Below, piece after piece: positions 8,452 to 16,891 of a stretch of DNA of 64,000 nucleotides (position 1 is the stretch's first letter; each line of letters opens with the position of its first letter). The notes under the pieces are model-generated. The model was not told where the DNA came from. It saw only the letters and a list, made by a program, of their open reading frames with translations, and made no database searches. The stretch is from positions 50,205 to 114,204 of the forward strand of contig CAZSPD010000002.1 of the NCBI GenBank assembly GCA_964608765.1, read 5' to 3'. This DNA comes from Candidatus Woesearchaeota archaeon (GTDB lineage: Archaea > Nanobdellota > Nanobdellia > Pacearchaeales > GW2011-AR1). Position numbers and translations under genes: made by a program.

Positions 8452-8679
8452 TTATTTTTTATTTTGTTTAGTTTCTTTTTTAAATAAAAACTCTTTTATT
8501 ATAACAAATGTAAACCCACATACAAGGGATACAATTATTATTGATTTAATTGTAAACATTTCTAAATACCCTTCCCATAAATTAGGAAGAATTCTAAAAT
8601 ACACAAGAAGATATACTATTGAAAATATTATTGCAGAATAAATTATTGATCTTACTAACCATAAACCTCTCTTTTCCAT
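8452..8679 (-). CDS. Small membrane protein (tandem paralog of 8201-8443)
   Basis: 75 aa. The N-terminus WLVRSIIYSAIIFSIVYLLVY resembles its neighbour. Confidence 0.4.
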   Translation of the reverse strand: MEKRGLWLVRSIIYSAIIFSIVYLLVYFRILPNLWEGYLEMFTIKSIIIVSLVCGFTFVIIKEFLFKKETKQNKK

Positions 8680-8789
8680 TTAATACTTAAAGAAAGTATA
8701 TTTTTAAATTTAATCAATAGGATTCATGAGTAGTTATTAGGCAAATATAAAGATATTAAAAGTTTGAATTCAAACAAATTAAAGTAAAA

Positions 8790-9224
8790 ATGGATTTAAC
8801 ATTAATAATATTTATTTTAGTACTTTTGATAAGCATAGTTATATCTTATTTAGTTGGCAAAAAAACAGGGGCTTTCCAAAGAGATAAGCATTGGGAAAAA
8901 GAATTACCTGTTCAAAGAAAACAAGCAATAACTCAGTCAAGGGCAGTTCTTGGTGGACAATTTTCAGAACAGCTTTCACCTTATCTTCCTAATTTTAATT
9001 ACTCTCCAACAGAATGCAAATTTATTGGAAAACCAATTGATTTTATTTGTTTCAAAGGAATGGATGAAAAAGAGATAAAAGAAGTTATTTTTGTTGAGGT
9101 AAAAAGCACTAAAAAATCAAGTCTCACTCCCCAAGAAAAAAATCTTAGAGAAGCAATAGAAAAGAAACAAGTAAAATGGGAAAGGTATGTTGTCCCAGAA
9201 GAAGTTACTAAAAAAAGAGAGTAA
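8790..9224 (+). CDS. Membrane-anchored PD-(D/E)xK endonuclease related to archaeal Holliday junction resolvase
   Basis: N-terminal TM helix, then PIDFICF...VIFVEVKSTKKSSLTPQEKNLREAI, a D...(E)VK pattern as in the Hjc-related endonuclease family. Confidence 0.45.
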   Translation: MDLTLIIFILVLLISIVISYLVGKKTGAFQRDKHWEKELPVQRKQAITQSRAVLGGQFSEQLSPYLPNFNYSPTECKFIGKPIDFICFKGMDEKEIKEVIFVEVKSTKKSSLTPQEKNLREAIEKKQVKWERYVVPEEVTKKRE

Positions 9225-9256
9225 TTAATCTCAATAATTCTTAAAAACCTATTTAG

Positions 9257-9496
9257 ATGCTTTTTTCTATGGCAACTAAAAAACAAGAAAATGAATTAGA
9301 AAGATTAAGTGAAAAGTTTAAGGGAAAATTTAGAATTATAGATATAAGAGAAGATGGTGTTTATGGATATACTGAAAATTCTAAAAAATACTTGGGTTCT
9401 CTAGTAGAATACACTAAGTATAAAAGACTCCGAACACTTAATAAAAAACCTCTTTTAAGAGATGAATTTTATACAGGGCTTCCTTTTAATGAGTGA
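9257..9496 (+). CDS. Hypothetical protein
   Basis: 79-aa ORF with no motif. The start could instead be the second Met. Confidence 0.3.
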   Translation: MLFSMATKKQENELERLSEKFKGKFRIIDIREDGVYGYTENSKKYLGSLVEYTKYKRLRTLNKKPLLRDEFYTGLPFNE

Positions 9497-9559
9497 CGAG
9501 TGGTTAGCAGTTGGTAGCAGGTTAAAGTTTAAAAAGTATTTTTACATTATTTAGATATT

Positions 9560-9865
9560 ATGAACACTAAACCCACAAAAAAGAAAGTGATTGGAACTTT
9601 GGTTCTTGCTTTGATAATAAATGTTGCTGTACCTTTAATTAATTGGATTATAACTACAATAACTTGGCCATTAATAATGAAGTATATTGAAACTAATAAG
9701 GTTGAAGGACTTTTTCAGCCTCCTCTTCTTACAGTTTTAACCAGTTATCTTCTTTCAACTTGGAATATTGTAATCTTTATACTCGAGATAATAGTAATTT
9801 ATTTTATATGGAGTTTATTCCAAAAGAAAAAACCCAAAAAAATGCCAGTTAAAACTAAAGAGTAA
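9560..9865 (+). CDS. Small multi-TM membrane protein (paralog of 38158-38388)
   Basis: Shares the N-terminus MN.KPTK.KVI and the C-terminus I.E.I..Y.I.SLFQKKK with the ORF at 38158-38388. TTTAAAAA lies 24 nt upstream of the ATG. Confidence 0.5.
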   Translation: MNTKPTKKKVIGTLVLALIINVAVPLINWIITTITWPLIMKYIETNKVEGLFQPPLLTVLTSYLLSTWNIVIFILEIIVIYFIWSLFQKKKPKKMPVKTKE

Positions 9866-9895
9866 ATTTAAAAACAAATATTTCTATTGGAAAAC

Positions 9896-10420
9896 ATGGC
9901 ATCAAAATTAATGAAATATGCTGGTGAAGATGAAAATTACGGGAAAGTAGATTTTTTCTATAGTCCAGATATGAAAAAAGACATTGGTCTTAAAGATGAT
10001 TTTGCTTTAGATATTTTGTCTTGGACAACACTCAATAAGTTTTTAGGCATGAACTTTGAATATGAAAAAGTAATAGAAGCAAATGCTAAAAAGAATAATC
10101 TTGAGAATATAGCAATATTAGCTGCACACGGTGCAGATAAAGATGGTAAGTGGTTTTATTTTGTTGATGAAAAAGAAAAGTCAATGCAGAGATGGATAAA
10201 TAGTGTAGATGGAAAATATAAACTTATAATTTTATACTCGTGTAATCCTGGGGGAAATGAAGTATACACAAAAAAGACACCTATTATTGCTCCAAATGAA
10301 ACCTTTTCCTATAAATTATATAATGAAGGAAAAGTTCAGGTTGAACTTATTATGCCTAATACAGGATATGTTGATTCATATATGATTGAAGAAGAATTAA
10401 AAAAAATAGAAGAAAAATAA
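9896..10420 (+). CDS. Hypothetical protein
   Basis: The ORF track starts at TTG 9887; the first ATG is at 9896. No recognisable motif. Confidence 0.45.
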   Translation: MASKLMKYAGEDENYGKVDFFYSPDMKKDIGLKDDFALDILSWTTLNKFLGMNFEYEKVIEANAKKNNLENIAILAAHGADKDGKWFYFVDEKEKSMQRWINSVDGKYKLIILYSCNPGGNEVYTKKTPIIAPNETFSYKLYNEGKVQVELIMPNTGYVDSYMIEEELKKIEEK

Positions 10421-10459
10421 AAGAATAAAAAGAAAAAATAAAATAATTTATTTCTAAAT

Positions 10460-10696
10460 TTATTTTCCACAGCCACAAGAACCTGTTCCTGAAACTGCTC
10501 CGCAAGTTGCAAGTCCGCAATTACTTTCAGCACTGCATCCATTTCCACAACCAGAACAACTTATTGTTTTAGCCGGGGTTATAATGTTATCTGATTCTAC
10601 ATTATTGTCTGTACTATTTGAGATAGCACTAACAACTGCAAACCCTCCAATAACGAGGATTCCAAGCACTATTGAAGCGATTATCCATGTTTTCAT
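10460..10696 (-). CDS. Signal-anchored cysteine-rich peptide
   Basis: N-terminal TM/signal segment, then CSGCGNGCSAESNCGLATCGAVSGTGSCGCGK (9 Cys in the last 32 residues). Confidence 0.5.
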   Translation of the reverse strand: MKTWIIASIVLGILVIGGFAVVSAISNSTDNNVESDNIITPAKTISCSGCGNGCSAESNCGLATCGAVSGTGSCGCGK

Positions 10697-10880
10697 TTTA
10701 AACCTCCCAGTTAATTTAATTAAAATTTACAAGAAAGTATCATATAATAGCGGTTTGGTGAAACTAGTTTCATTGATTAATTAATTGAATTAATGAAGAA
10801 GAAAGGAATCTGTGAAGAATTTTCAATGATAAATTTCATGAGCTTGCAGTCTAAATTCACAAAAGGGGAACCAACAGAAA

Positions 10881-10890
10881 AGTTTAAAGG
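10881..10890 (+). promoter_or_regulatory. Putative BRE/TATA element of the hsdM operon
   Basis: AGTTTAAAGG has its TTTAAA ending 22 nt before the hsdM ATG. The same AAAGTTTAAA motif precedes the ORFs at 9560 and 41387 at the same distance. Confidence 0.35.
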
Positions 10891-10910
10891 TTAGAGATTT
10901 TTAGAGGATT

Positions 10911-12437
10911 ATGGAAAATAATTCCAACATTGGTCTTGAGAGAAAACTTTGGGCAGCTGCAGATAAACTTAGGAGTAATATGGATGCTGCAGAGTATAAG
11001 CATGTTGTTTTAGGACTTATTTTCTTGAAATATATATCTGATTCTTTTGAAGATGCATATAAAGAGATTAAGGCTGATCCTGATGGAGATCCTGAAGATA
11101 TTGATGAGTATAAAGCGAGGAATGTCTTTTGGGTTCCGCTTGAGAGTAGGTGGGGTTATTTACAGAAGAATGCAAGGCAACCAACAATTGGCAAACTTGT
11201 GGATAGTGCTATGGATGCTATTGAGCGTGAAAATACTTCATTGAAAGGAGTTTTACCAAAAGATTATGCAAGAGAAGCATTGGATAAAACCCGTTTGGGA
11301 GAGTTGATTGATTTAATTGGAACTATTGGTCTTGGAGATAAGGCAAGCAAGGGCAAAGATATGTTGGGTCAAGTTTATGAGTATTTTCTTGGACAATTTG
11401 CAGATGCTGAAGGAAAAAAGGGAGGTCAATTTTACACTCCAAAATGCATTGTTAAACTTCTTGTTGAAATGATTGAGCCATTCAGAGGAAGAATTTTTGA
11501 CCCTTGCTGCGGTAGCGGGGGAATGTTTGTTCAATCAGAGAAGTTTGTTGAAGAGCATTCAGGAAGAAAAGGAGACATTTATGTTTATGGTCAAGAGTCA
11601 AATTCTACTACTTGGAAACTTTGTAAGATGAATATGGCGATTAGAGGCATAGATTCAAATATCCAATGGGGAGATAGTTTGCATGATAACAAGCACAAGG
11701 ACTTGAAAGTTGATTATATTCTCGCGAATCCTCCTTTTAATGATTCTGACTGGAATGGGCATTTGTTGAAAGATGATGTTCGTTGGAAATATGGAGTTCC
11801 TCCTACAGGGAATGCGAACTTTGCGTGGGTTCAGCATTTTATTCATCACCTCTCTCATAGGGGAATTGCAGGGTTTGTTTTAGCTAATGGCTCTATGTCC
11901 TCAAATACTGGAGGTGAAGGAGAAATAAGAAAAAGAATAATTGAAGATGATTTAGTTGATTGTATGGTTGCTTTGCCTTCTCAGTTGTTTTACAATACAA
12001 TGATTCCTGCATGTTTGTGGTTTCTAACTAGAGACAAGACCAATCATGGCAAGAGAAAAAGAACAAATGAGATTTTGTTTATTGATGCAAGGAACATGGG
12101 GACAATGATTGACAGAAGGCACAGAGAATTAACTGATGAAGATATAAAGAAAATAACTGACACTTATCATGCCTGGAGAGGAGAAGAAAAATCAGGAAAG
12201 TATGAAGATGTTGCGGGTTTTTGCAAATCAGCAACTCTTGAAGATGTTGAAAAGAATAATTTTATCCTCACACCCGGAAGATATGTTGGTGTTGCAGAGG
12301 AAGAAGACGATGGCGAGCCTTTTGAGGAGAAGATGAAGAGATTGACTGAAGAATTGAAGGGTCAGTTTGAAGAAGGGAAGAGGTTGGAGAAGGAGATAAA
12401 ATTAAATTTGGAGAAGATTGGTTGGAGTATTAAATAA
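10911..12437 (+). CDS. hsdM: Type I restriction-modification system, methyltransferase subunit
   Basis: N-terminal HsdM domain ([32 protein letters not shown]), AdoMet motif [10 protein letters not shown] and catalytic motif LANPPFN. Confidence 0.95.
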   Translation: MENNSNIGLERKLWAAADKLRSNMDAAEYKHVVLGLIFLKYISDSFEDAYKEIKADPDGDPEDIDEYKARNVFWVPLESRWGYLQKNARQPTIGKLVDSAMDAIERENTSLKGVLPKDYAREALDKTRLGELIDLIGTIGLGDKASKGKDMLGQVYEYFLGQFADAEGKKGGQFYTPKCIVKLLVEMIEPFRGRIFDPCCGSGGMFVQSEKFVEEHSGRKGDIYVYGQESNSTTWKLCKMNMAIRGIDSNIQWGDSLHDNKHKDLKVDYILANPPFNDSDWNGHLLKDDVRWKYGVPPTGNANFAWVQHFIHHLSHRGIAGFVLANGSMSSNTGGEGEIRKRIIEDDLVDCMVALPSQLFYNTMIPACLWFLTRDKTNHGKRKRTNEILFIDARNMGTMIDRRHRELTDEDIKKITDTYHAWRGEEKSGKYEDVAGFCKSATLEDVEKNNFILTPGRYVGVAEEEDDGEPFEEKMKRLTEELKGQFEEGKRLEKEIKLNLEKIGWSIK

Positions 12438-12470
12438 GTATTAAAACTTAACTAACTTGGAAGATATAAT

Positions 12471-13793
12471 ATGCTTACAAAAATTGATATAGAAAAATTG
12501 ATTGTAAATCCTGAAAATTATAGGTTTGATCCAGTGGATACTCAAAATCAGGCAATTGAGTTAATGCTTGAAGAGAAAAATGAAGAAATTTTTAATTTAG
12601 CAAAACACATAATTGAAAATGGATTAGATAAAGCAAAAAATCTGAGAGTAGTGGAAATAAAAAAAGATTTATTTAAAATTCTTGAAGGAAATAGAAGAAT
12701 AACTGCGATAAAATGTTTATTGGACCCATCAGTAATTAAAAGTGATTCTTTAAAAAATAAATTTAAAAAATTAATTGACGAATCAAAAAAAGAAAATAAG
12801 GTGATTCCAACCAAGATTAGTTGTTTTATTTATAAAAGCGAAGAAGAAGCAGCTAAATGGATTAAACTGGATCATACTGGAAAAAATAAGGGAGTAGGCC
12901 TTGATGAATGGGGCCCTGCAGAAAAAGAAAGATTTGCTTATAAGTTTGAGGGAAAGATAAGTCCTGCTATGCAAATTGTAAATTTATTTGAGGTAGAAAC
13001 AAACTCTAAGATTGACAAAAATAAATTAAAAATTTCTACAATAAATCGTATACTTTCTAATTCCGAGTCTAGATCCTATTTAGGAGTAGACATAAAAAAT
13101 GGAAATTTAGTATTAACGTCAAATAAAAAAGAGGTTTTGGGAAGGATAGACAAACTATTTAATAAAATGTTGACAGAAGATATTACAGTTTCTGAAGTTT
13201 ATCATACAAGTGATTCTATTAAATTTATGAAAAATTTATTTGGAGAAAAACCTGTTGCATTAAAGAAAAAAACAGTAGTCCAATCCAAAATTTTGCAGGA
13301 TAAAAAAATTAAGAAAGTAAATATTTTGCCTAAAACAAATGGTAGAGAAGTTTTAATTCCTTATTCGTGTGGATTGATTATTCATGAAAAAAAAATTAAT
13401 AATATTTACCATGAATTAAGAAATCTTTCAATTTCAGAATATACAAATGCTGTAGCTGTTCTTTTTAGGGTATTTTTAGAGACTAGTTTAGATTGTTATG
13501 CTGAAAAATACGGGATGCAATTTAACAACCTTACTAAACTATCTGGTAAAATAACCAAAGTTGCCGACGAATTAGAAAAGGGAAAGACTGCCACAAATAA
13601 TCAATTAAAAAACATTAGAAATGTTGCTACAAAAACAAATTCTATTTTATCAATAGGAAATTTTCATGAATATGTTCATTCCTTTAAAAGTCAACCAATA
13701 CCCAGCGATTTAGTTTATTCATGGGATAATTTACAGGAATTCTTTGAAATTATCTGGGGAGAAATCTCAAGGAAAGAAGGTAAAACAAAATGA
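12471..13793 (+). CDS. ParB/Srx-fold N-terminal domain protein with an unassigned helical C-terminal half
   Basis: LIVNPENYRFDP and ILEGNRRITAIKCL resemble the ParB N-terminal box and the GERRxRA-type arginine patch. 440 aa. Its stop overlaps the next gene's start (ATGA). Confidence 0.55.
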   Translation: MLTKIDIEKLIVNPENYRFDPVDTQNQAIELMLEEKNEEIFNLAKHIIENGLDKAKNLRVVEIKKDLFKILEGNRRITAIKCLLDPSVIKSDSLKNKFKKLIDESKKENKVIPTKISCFIYKSEEEAAKWIKLDHTGKNKGVGLDEWGPAEKERFAYKFEGKISPAMQIVNLFEVETNSKIDKNKLKISTINRILSNSESRSYLGVDIKNGNLVLTSNKKEVLGRIDKLFNKMLTEDITVSEVYHTSDSIKFMKNLFGEKPVALKKKTVVQSKILQDKKIKKVNILPKTNGREVLIPYSCGLIIHEKKINNIYHELRNLSISEYTNAVAVLFRVFLETSLDCYAEKYGMQFNNLTKLSGKITKVADELEKGKTATNNQLKNIRNVATKTNSILSIGNFHEYVHSFKSQPIPSDLVYSWDNLQEFFEIIWGEISRKEGKTK

Positions 13794-14638
13794 CATTTTA
13801 TTCACCATTAAGATATCCAGGCGGGAAAGGAAAATTAGTTAATTATTTTAAAAAAGTATTCAAAGAAAATTCTCTTGATAAGGGGATTTATGTTGAGCCT
13901 TACGTTGGAGGAGCATCAATTGCACTTTCACTTTTAATTGAAGGCTATGCATCAAAGATAATTATTAACGACAAAGATAAATCAATTTATGCTTTTTGGT
14001 ATTCTGTTTTAAATTATCCAAATAAATTATGCAACTTGATAAAAAAAACTCCAGTCAATTTAAAAATAAGAGAAGAACAAAAAAAGATTCAAGAAAACAA
14101 AGAAAAAGAGAATTTACTGACAGTAGGTTTTTCCACTTTTTTCCTTAATAGAACAAATCATTCGGGAATAATCAAGGCAGGGGCAATAGGGGGATTGAGC
14201 CAAGAGGGGAAATGGAAGATTGATGCAAGATATAACAAAGAAGAATTGATTAAAAGAATAAGGCAAATCTCTAAATACAAAGATAAAATTGAACTTTATA
14301 ATGAAGATGCAGTTGATTTAATAAAAAAACTCAAAAAAAAATTACCTTCAAAAACCTTAATCTATCTTGATCCTCCATATTATAACAAAGGAAAAGAACT
14401 CTACATGAATTATTATTCTGATGAAGACCATAAAAAAATAGCTAAAGAAATAAACAAGACAAAAAAACAAAAGTGGGTTATCACGTACGATAATGTTGAA
14501 TTTATTAAAAAATTATACGAAAATAATAAACAAACAAAATATGATTTATATTATAGTGCAGGAAAACCGAAACAAGGAAAAGAATTAATTATCTTCTCTG
14601 ATAATGTTAAAGAACTAAACCCGATGATGGTGAAATAA
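13790..14638 (+). CDS. Dam-family (D12 class) N6-adenine DNA methyltransferase
   Basis: LRYPGGKGKL, EPYVGGASIAL (AdoMet motif) and LDPPYY (catalytic DPPY). Confidence 0.85.
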   Translation: MTFYSPLRYPGGKGKLVNYFKKVFKENSLDKGIYVEPYVGGASIALSLLIEGYASKIIINDKDKSIYAFWYSVLNYPNKLCNLIKKTPVNLKIREEQKKIQENKEKENLLTVGFSTFFLNRTNHSGIIKAGAIGGLSQEGKWKIDARYNKEELIKRIRQISKYKDKIELYNEDAVDLIKKLKKKLPSKTLIYLDPPYYNKGKELYMNYYSDEDHKKIAKEINKTKKQKWVITYDNVEFIKKLYENNKQTKYDLYYSAGKPKQGKELIIFSDNVKELNPMMVK

Positions 14639-14639
14639 A

Positions 14640-15266
14640 ATGAATAAGAGAGGACAATCAGTAGATGTAACTGGAATAATTGGAGTAATTCTTTCTTTGT
14701 TTTTTGTGATTATATTTATTTCTGCAATAATTCCGGTGTTTAATTCTATTAATGGAAATGATGATTTACAAAAAGAGATAAATAATAAAAATAATCAAAT
14801 ATCTAATTTAGAACTTGAAAATTCTAAATTACAAAATTCCATTGGAGAATTAAATTTAAGAATAGTTGAGAAAGATAATCTAATTTCAAATTTAAGTTGG
14901 CAGTTTAGTGAAAAGGAAAAAAATTTTACGGAATCATTTAATCAAATTATCACGGAAAAAGAAAAATCAATTTCTAATTTAGGTGAACAATTAATTGAAA
15001 AAGATAAACAAATTGAAAATTTAACAAACGAGCTTGAAAATTACAGAGAAAAAGATTATCTGCCATCAATAAATAATAATTATTACAATATCTTAAATTA
15101 TATGGGAAGTATTGAAAACAAATTTTATACAATTAACCTTGCGGTTGGATTAATCTCTCTAACTCTTACAGGAATTGTAATAAAGTTATTTGGTTTGGAT
15201 GTTAAAATTAAATTTCTATTTAGGAAACTTAAAAGGAAAAAGGAGAAAAAAGAAAATGTTTCCTAA
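14640..15266 (+). CDS. Coiled-coil protein with N- and C-terminal TM helices
   Basis: TM helix at residues about 10-33, a heptad-rich N/E/K/L middle with the recurring ISNL motif, a second TM near the C-terminus and a basic tail. Confidence 0.5.
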   Translation: MNKRGQSVDVTGIIGVILSLFFVIIFISAIIPVFNSINGNDDLQKEINNKNNQISNLELENSKLQNSIGELNLRIVEKDNLISNLSWQFSEKEKNFTESFNQIITEKEKSISNLGEQLIEKDKQIENLTNELENYREKDYLPSINNNYYNILNYMGSIENKFYTINLAVGLISLTLTGIVIKLFGLDVKIKFLFRKLKRKKEKKENVS

Positions 15267-15441
15267 AAAAAGGAGAGTTAGTTTTTGGGCAACTAAAAAA
15301 ATTCCAAAAAAAGCTACTGTAAGCTTCAGAGATAGTTCTGGAAGAAGGGTTTCATTTACAGCTACAAAAAGGGTCCCGAAAAAAGTCAAAGTTAATTTTT
15401 GGGCTAGTAAATCCGGAAAGCCAATAAGGAGGAGGAGATGA
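15256..15441 (+). CDS. Small, highly basic tandem-repeat peptide (possible PIN partner)
   Basis: AGGAG lies 10 nt upstream of the ATG at 15256. Contains RRVSFWATKKIPKKATVSF and RRVSFTATKRVPKKVKVNF repeats. Its stop overlaps the PIN gene start. The longer 15190 start in the ORF track lies inside the previous gene. Confidence 0.4.
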   Translation: MFPKKRRVSFWATKKIPKKATVSFRDSSGRRVSFTATKRVPKKVKVNFWASKSGKPIRRRR

Positions 15442-15971
15442 TGAAAATTTACATAGACTCAAATGTCTTTGTATCTTATGTTAAGAGAGATGAGGGTCAG
15501 AACCATAAAGATTCTAAATCTTTTTTAGAATTTATATTGAGAAACAATTTTGAAGATGTTACTTTCTTTACATCAAGGTTTACAGAAGTGGAAGTAGGTT
15601 CTGCAGTTTATAGAAGAAGTAAACAACAAAATCAAGCCAGAGCAACATTACATCGTCTAACTCGTGCATGGGCAAATAAAATTTTTCCCTTGCCAGAGAA
15701 TCCATCGGAAAAAATTAAGATAGATAATTTAATAGTAAAATTGGTTGAAACTGCTCTAAATTATGGAACAACTTTTGGAGACACCATTCATGCAAACGAT
15801 GTAGAGAGCTACGATGTAGATTATTTAGTTACATGGAATCTTAGAGATTTTAAAAAACTAGAAAAGAAGATAAAGAAGGTTAAGGTCCTAACTCCTACAG
15901 GTATGCGGGAAATATTAGAGATGGGAAAAAGAAATAAACTCAAACAATCTGCAATAGGAAAAATAAAATGA
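15438..15971 (+). CDS. PIN-domain nuclease (VapC-like)
   Basis: IYIDSNVF (first Asp), TEVE, GDTIHANDVES and LVTWNLRDF follow the PIN acidic-residue order. Confidence 0.65.
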   Translation: MMKIYIDSNVFVSYVKRDEGQNHKDSKSFLEFILRNNFEDVTFFTSRFTEVEVGSAVYRRSKQQNQARATLHRLTRAWANKIFPLPENPSEKIKIDNLIVKLVETALNYGTTFGDTIHANDVESYDVDYLVTWNLRDFKKLEKKIKKVKVLTPTGMREILEMGKRNKLKQSAIGKIK

Positions 15972-16891
15972 ACCAAAAAAACAAAAAGCCAACTACAGCC
16001 AATTTGAAAAAGATACTTAAGAACCCTGATAAGATGACTGATTTTGTAAGAAAAAATCTACTTGGAAATAATCAATTTATCGACCTACTAACTAATTTTG
16101 ATAATTATTTTAATGAGTTAAAAAAACAAGACCATATTTGGAAAGAGAATTTAGTAGAAAATGAAGAGCTTGAAAAAAAGTATGAAGAGTTAATTAACAA
16201 AATTGATAGCATAGATAAAATCAACCCGCCAAATATAACGCCTCAGGAAGCGACTTTTGAAATGAATAAATTTTCAGAGAATAATATGTTTATCTATATG
16301 GAACTAAGTAAATTTATTGGTAAAAAGGAAGAAGATCCCATACCTGGAGACATTTATATTTTGGCCAATCTTTATCGGACAGTCTTAGAATTATATAAAA
16401 AAAATATGAAAGTTTGGCTTCCGAGTTTTGGCCAGTCTTTAAATGTTGGAAAAGGAACGATGAAGAAGTTAAAAAAAGGTAAAATTGAAATTGGAACATT
16501 CTTAGAACTGATTAAACAATTTGATAAGAATTTTCAAACAGATTATTATCCGACTTTCGTAAAATATATAGATTCTGATTTAAGAAATAAAATTGCTCAC
16601 GAACAATATTATATCGGAGAGATTTTGGTTAATATGCCTGATGGCTCCCAGGTAAGTAGCATTGGCTTTATAGGAGATGATAAAAAAATTTATTCTGCTG
16701 CAGATTTAATCAGTAAAATAAAAAGAGCTTACATATTTTTACTATTAACTATATTTAAGAATGGGTTTGGAAGATACGCATCATTATCGTCATCACAAAA
16801 CGATCTTGAAGAAATAAAGAAGAATCCTAAATTATTTGAGCAGGTTTTAAAAAAACAAATAGGAAATATGGGGAGCAAATATGCAAAATAA
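15968..16891 (+). CDS. Hypothetical protein with a HEPN-like Rx4H motif
   Basis: 307 aa. The C-terminal half contains DLRNKIAHEQYY (R-N-x3-H as in Abi-type HEPN domains). It has 4-nt and 11-nt overlaps with the flanking genes. Confidence 0.4.
   Translation: MNQKNKKPTTANLKKILKNPDKMTDFVRKNLLGNNQFIDLLTNFDNYFNELKKQDHIWKENLVENEELEKKYEELINKIDSIDKINPPNITPQEATFEMNKFSENNMFIYMELSKFIGKKEEDPIPGDIYILANLYRTVLELYKKNMKVWLPSFGQSLNVGKGTMKKLKKGKIEIGTFLELIKQFDKNFQTDYYPTFVKYIDSDLRNKIAHEQYYIGEILVNMPDGSQVSSIGFIGDDKKIYSAADLISKIKRAYIFLLLTIFKNGFGRYASLSSSQNDLEEIKKNPKLFEQVLKKQIGNMGSKYAK

Noticed and set aside
9497-9559. tRNA-like fragment (GTGGTTAGCAGTTGGTAGCAGG)
   Set aside because: It cannot be folded into a cloverleaf: there is no acceptor stem and no T-loop GTTCRANY.
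15190-15255. Longer 83-aa version of the basic-peptide ORF, starting at 15190
   Set aside because: The first 22 codons lie inside the coiled-coil gene in another frame. The ATG at 15256 has an AGGAG site upstream, and the repeat structure begins there.
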